Assembly: GCA_965219995.1 (NCBI GenBank)
Contig: CBDCOX010000002.1
Span: forward strand, 2,240,001 to 2,304,000
Direction: 5' to 3'
Source of the DNA: Candidatus Latescibacterota bacterium
GTDB taxonomy: Bacteria > Latescibacterota > UBA2968 > GCA-2709665
Length of the DNA stretch: 64,000 nt
Shown one piece after another: positions 62,659 to 64,000 of this stretch. Position numbers and translations under genes: made by a program. The first letter of the stretch is position 1. The number at the start of each line of letters is the position of its first letter. The notes below the pieces were generated by a model that was not told the DNA's origin, did no database searches, and was given only the letters and a program-made list of their open reading frames with translations.

Positions 62659-64000
62659 GTGCTCAACGCCTTTCGGCATCAAAGACTTCTGCGCGGAATC
62701 CGTAATCGTCTGGGGTCCCCCGGATCAGATGTGCTCAACGCCTTTCGGCATCAAAGATTTCTGCGCAAATCGCTGGCATTCAGCGTTTTGTGATTCTGGA
62801 TAGGTGCTCAACGCCTTTCGGCATCAAAGATTTCTGCGCGATCGCTCACCGGCGCCGCCCTGCGTCAATTCAATTCGGTGCTCAACGCCTTTCGGCATCA
62901 AAGATTTCTGCGCTGACACGTTGCGCGTATCGTCAAGGGGTGGAATCGAGTGCTCAACGCCTTTCGGCATCAAAGATTTCTGCGCAATTAATACGGCATT
63001 ATCCAATAAGTATTGAGAAAGTGCTCAACGCCTTTCGGCATCAAAGATTTCTGCGCCGGGCCACGGGCGTCATGCCCAATTCCGACAAACATTTGTGCTC
63101 AACGCCTTTCGGCATCAAAGATTTCTGCGCGAACGCCTCCGACTACCTGCCGGACGGATGGACATAGTGCTCAACGCCTTTCGGCATCAAAGATTTCTGC
63201 GCTCTACAGGGATAACGTCAGTCACCAGGCACTTGTCGTGCTCAACGCCTTTCGGCATCAAAGATTTCTGCGCGAACGCCTCCGACTACCTGCCGGACGG
63301 ATGGACATAGTGCTCAACGCCTTTCGGCATCAAAGATTTCTGCGCTCTACAGGGATAACGTCAGTCACCAGGCACTTGTCGTGCTCAACGCCTTTCGGCA
63401 TCAAAGATTTCTGCGCGCACCGAACCCGGCGAACTCGTCGAGTGGGTTATGGAGTGCTCAACGCCTTTCGGCATCAAAGATTTCTGCGCTTGAGAACCCA
63501 GTGATGCACAAATACGCCATCAAAATGTGCTCAACGCCTTTCGGCATCAAAGATTTCTGCGCCGCCAACCTGATCCTTGGCAACAACCGCGCCGTCATGT
63601 GCTCAACGCCTTTCGGCATCAAAGATTTCTGCGCATCCGGTTGCCAATAACCCCACCGCCGTCAGAATCGCACGTGCTCAACGCCTTTCGGCATCAAAGA
63701 TTTCTGCGCTTTGGCAGTGCCTTCCGCGTTTGTGACTTTCCTGATAGGTGCTCAACGCCTTTCGGCATCAAAGATTTCTGCGCTCGAGATACTCCAATTC
63801 TTCAGCGTTCAGACCTTCAGGTGCTCAACGCCTTTCGGCATCAAAGATTTCTGCGCGTATAAACAAGCGCCGGGTAGGCGTTGGACGTTCACGAGGTGCT
63901 CAACGCCTTTCGGCATCAAAGATTTCTGCGCTCCCCGGAATTCTGCATCTTCCTTTGATACTTCTAAGTGCTCAACGCCTTTCGGCATCAAAGATTTCTG
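62659..64000 (-). CRISPR. CRISPR array, 36-nt repeat, 19 repeats (last truncated) and 18 spacers of 35-39 nt; type I-B (Myxococcus/cyanobacterial)-like repeat
   Basis: + strand GTGCTCAACGCCTTTCGGCATCAAAGATTTCTGCGC. The first copy has one substitution (probable trailer). Minus-strand form has a GCC-GAAA-GGC hairpin and ends TTGAGCAC. Orientation is inferred. Confidence 0.98.

Noticed and set aside
62767-63747. Resemblance of spacer 62767-62803 to spacer 63710-63747
   Set aside because: Needs gaps and shows no shared translation; likely chance.
62790-63991. ORFs overlapping the CRISPR array
   Set aside because: They are translations of repeats and spacers.

Overview
Bacterial chromosome window, moderately GC-rich. 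Its LRR/EF-hand/FG-GAP, MORN-like and Ig-like repeat proteins, many sulfatase-like enzymes and many TA modules resemble FCB-group (Latescibacterota/Gemmatimonadota-like) host-associated genomes; that placement is an inference. Layout: 1-11.7 kb holds a secreted LRR protein, a patchwork of TA/Rpn fragments and a duplicated family of secreted MORN-like proteins bracketed by REP-like repeats. 11.7-16.5 kb is a divergent pair of a pseudo-receiver AraC regulator and a beta-propeller sigma54 activator. Next come glnS, a long hydrolase/oxidoreductase operon ending in ubiA/ubiX, fadL, a UGA-recoded Rdx selenoprotein and an Ig-repeat protein. 46.5-62.6 kb is a TA and defence island (HicBA, RelE, MazEF, EEP nuclease, UDG-like glycosylase, DUF262/GmrSD, Nmad3, HEPN), followed by a type I-B-like CRISPR array that runs off the window. 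Most striking: at least seven co-oriented, solitary 37-nt copies of a second, unrelated CRISPR repeat family (ending ATTGAAAC on the minus strand) sit one at a time between the island's genes, like an array with gene-sized spacers. No cas genes, rRNA or tRNA were recognised. All alignments and identities were counted by hand.
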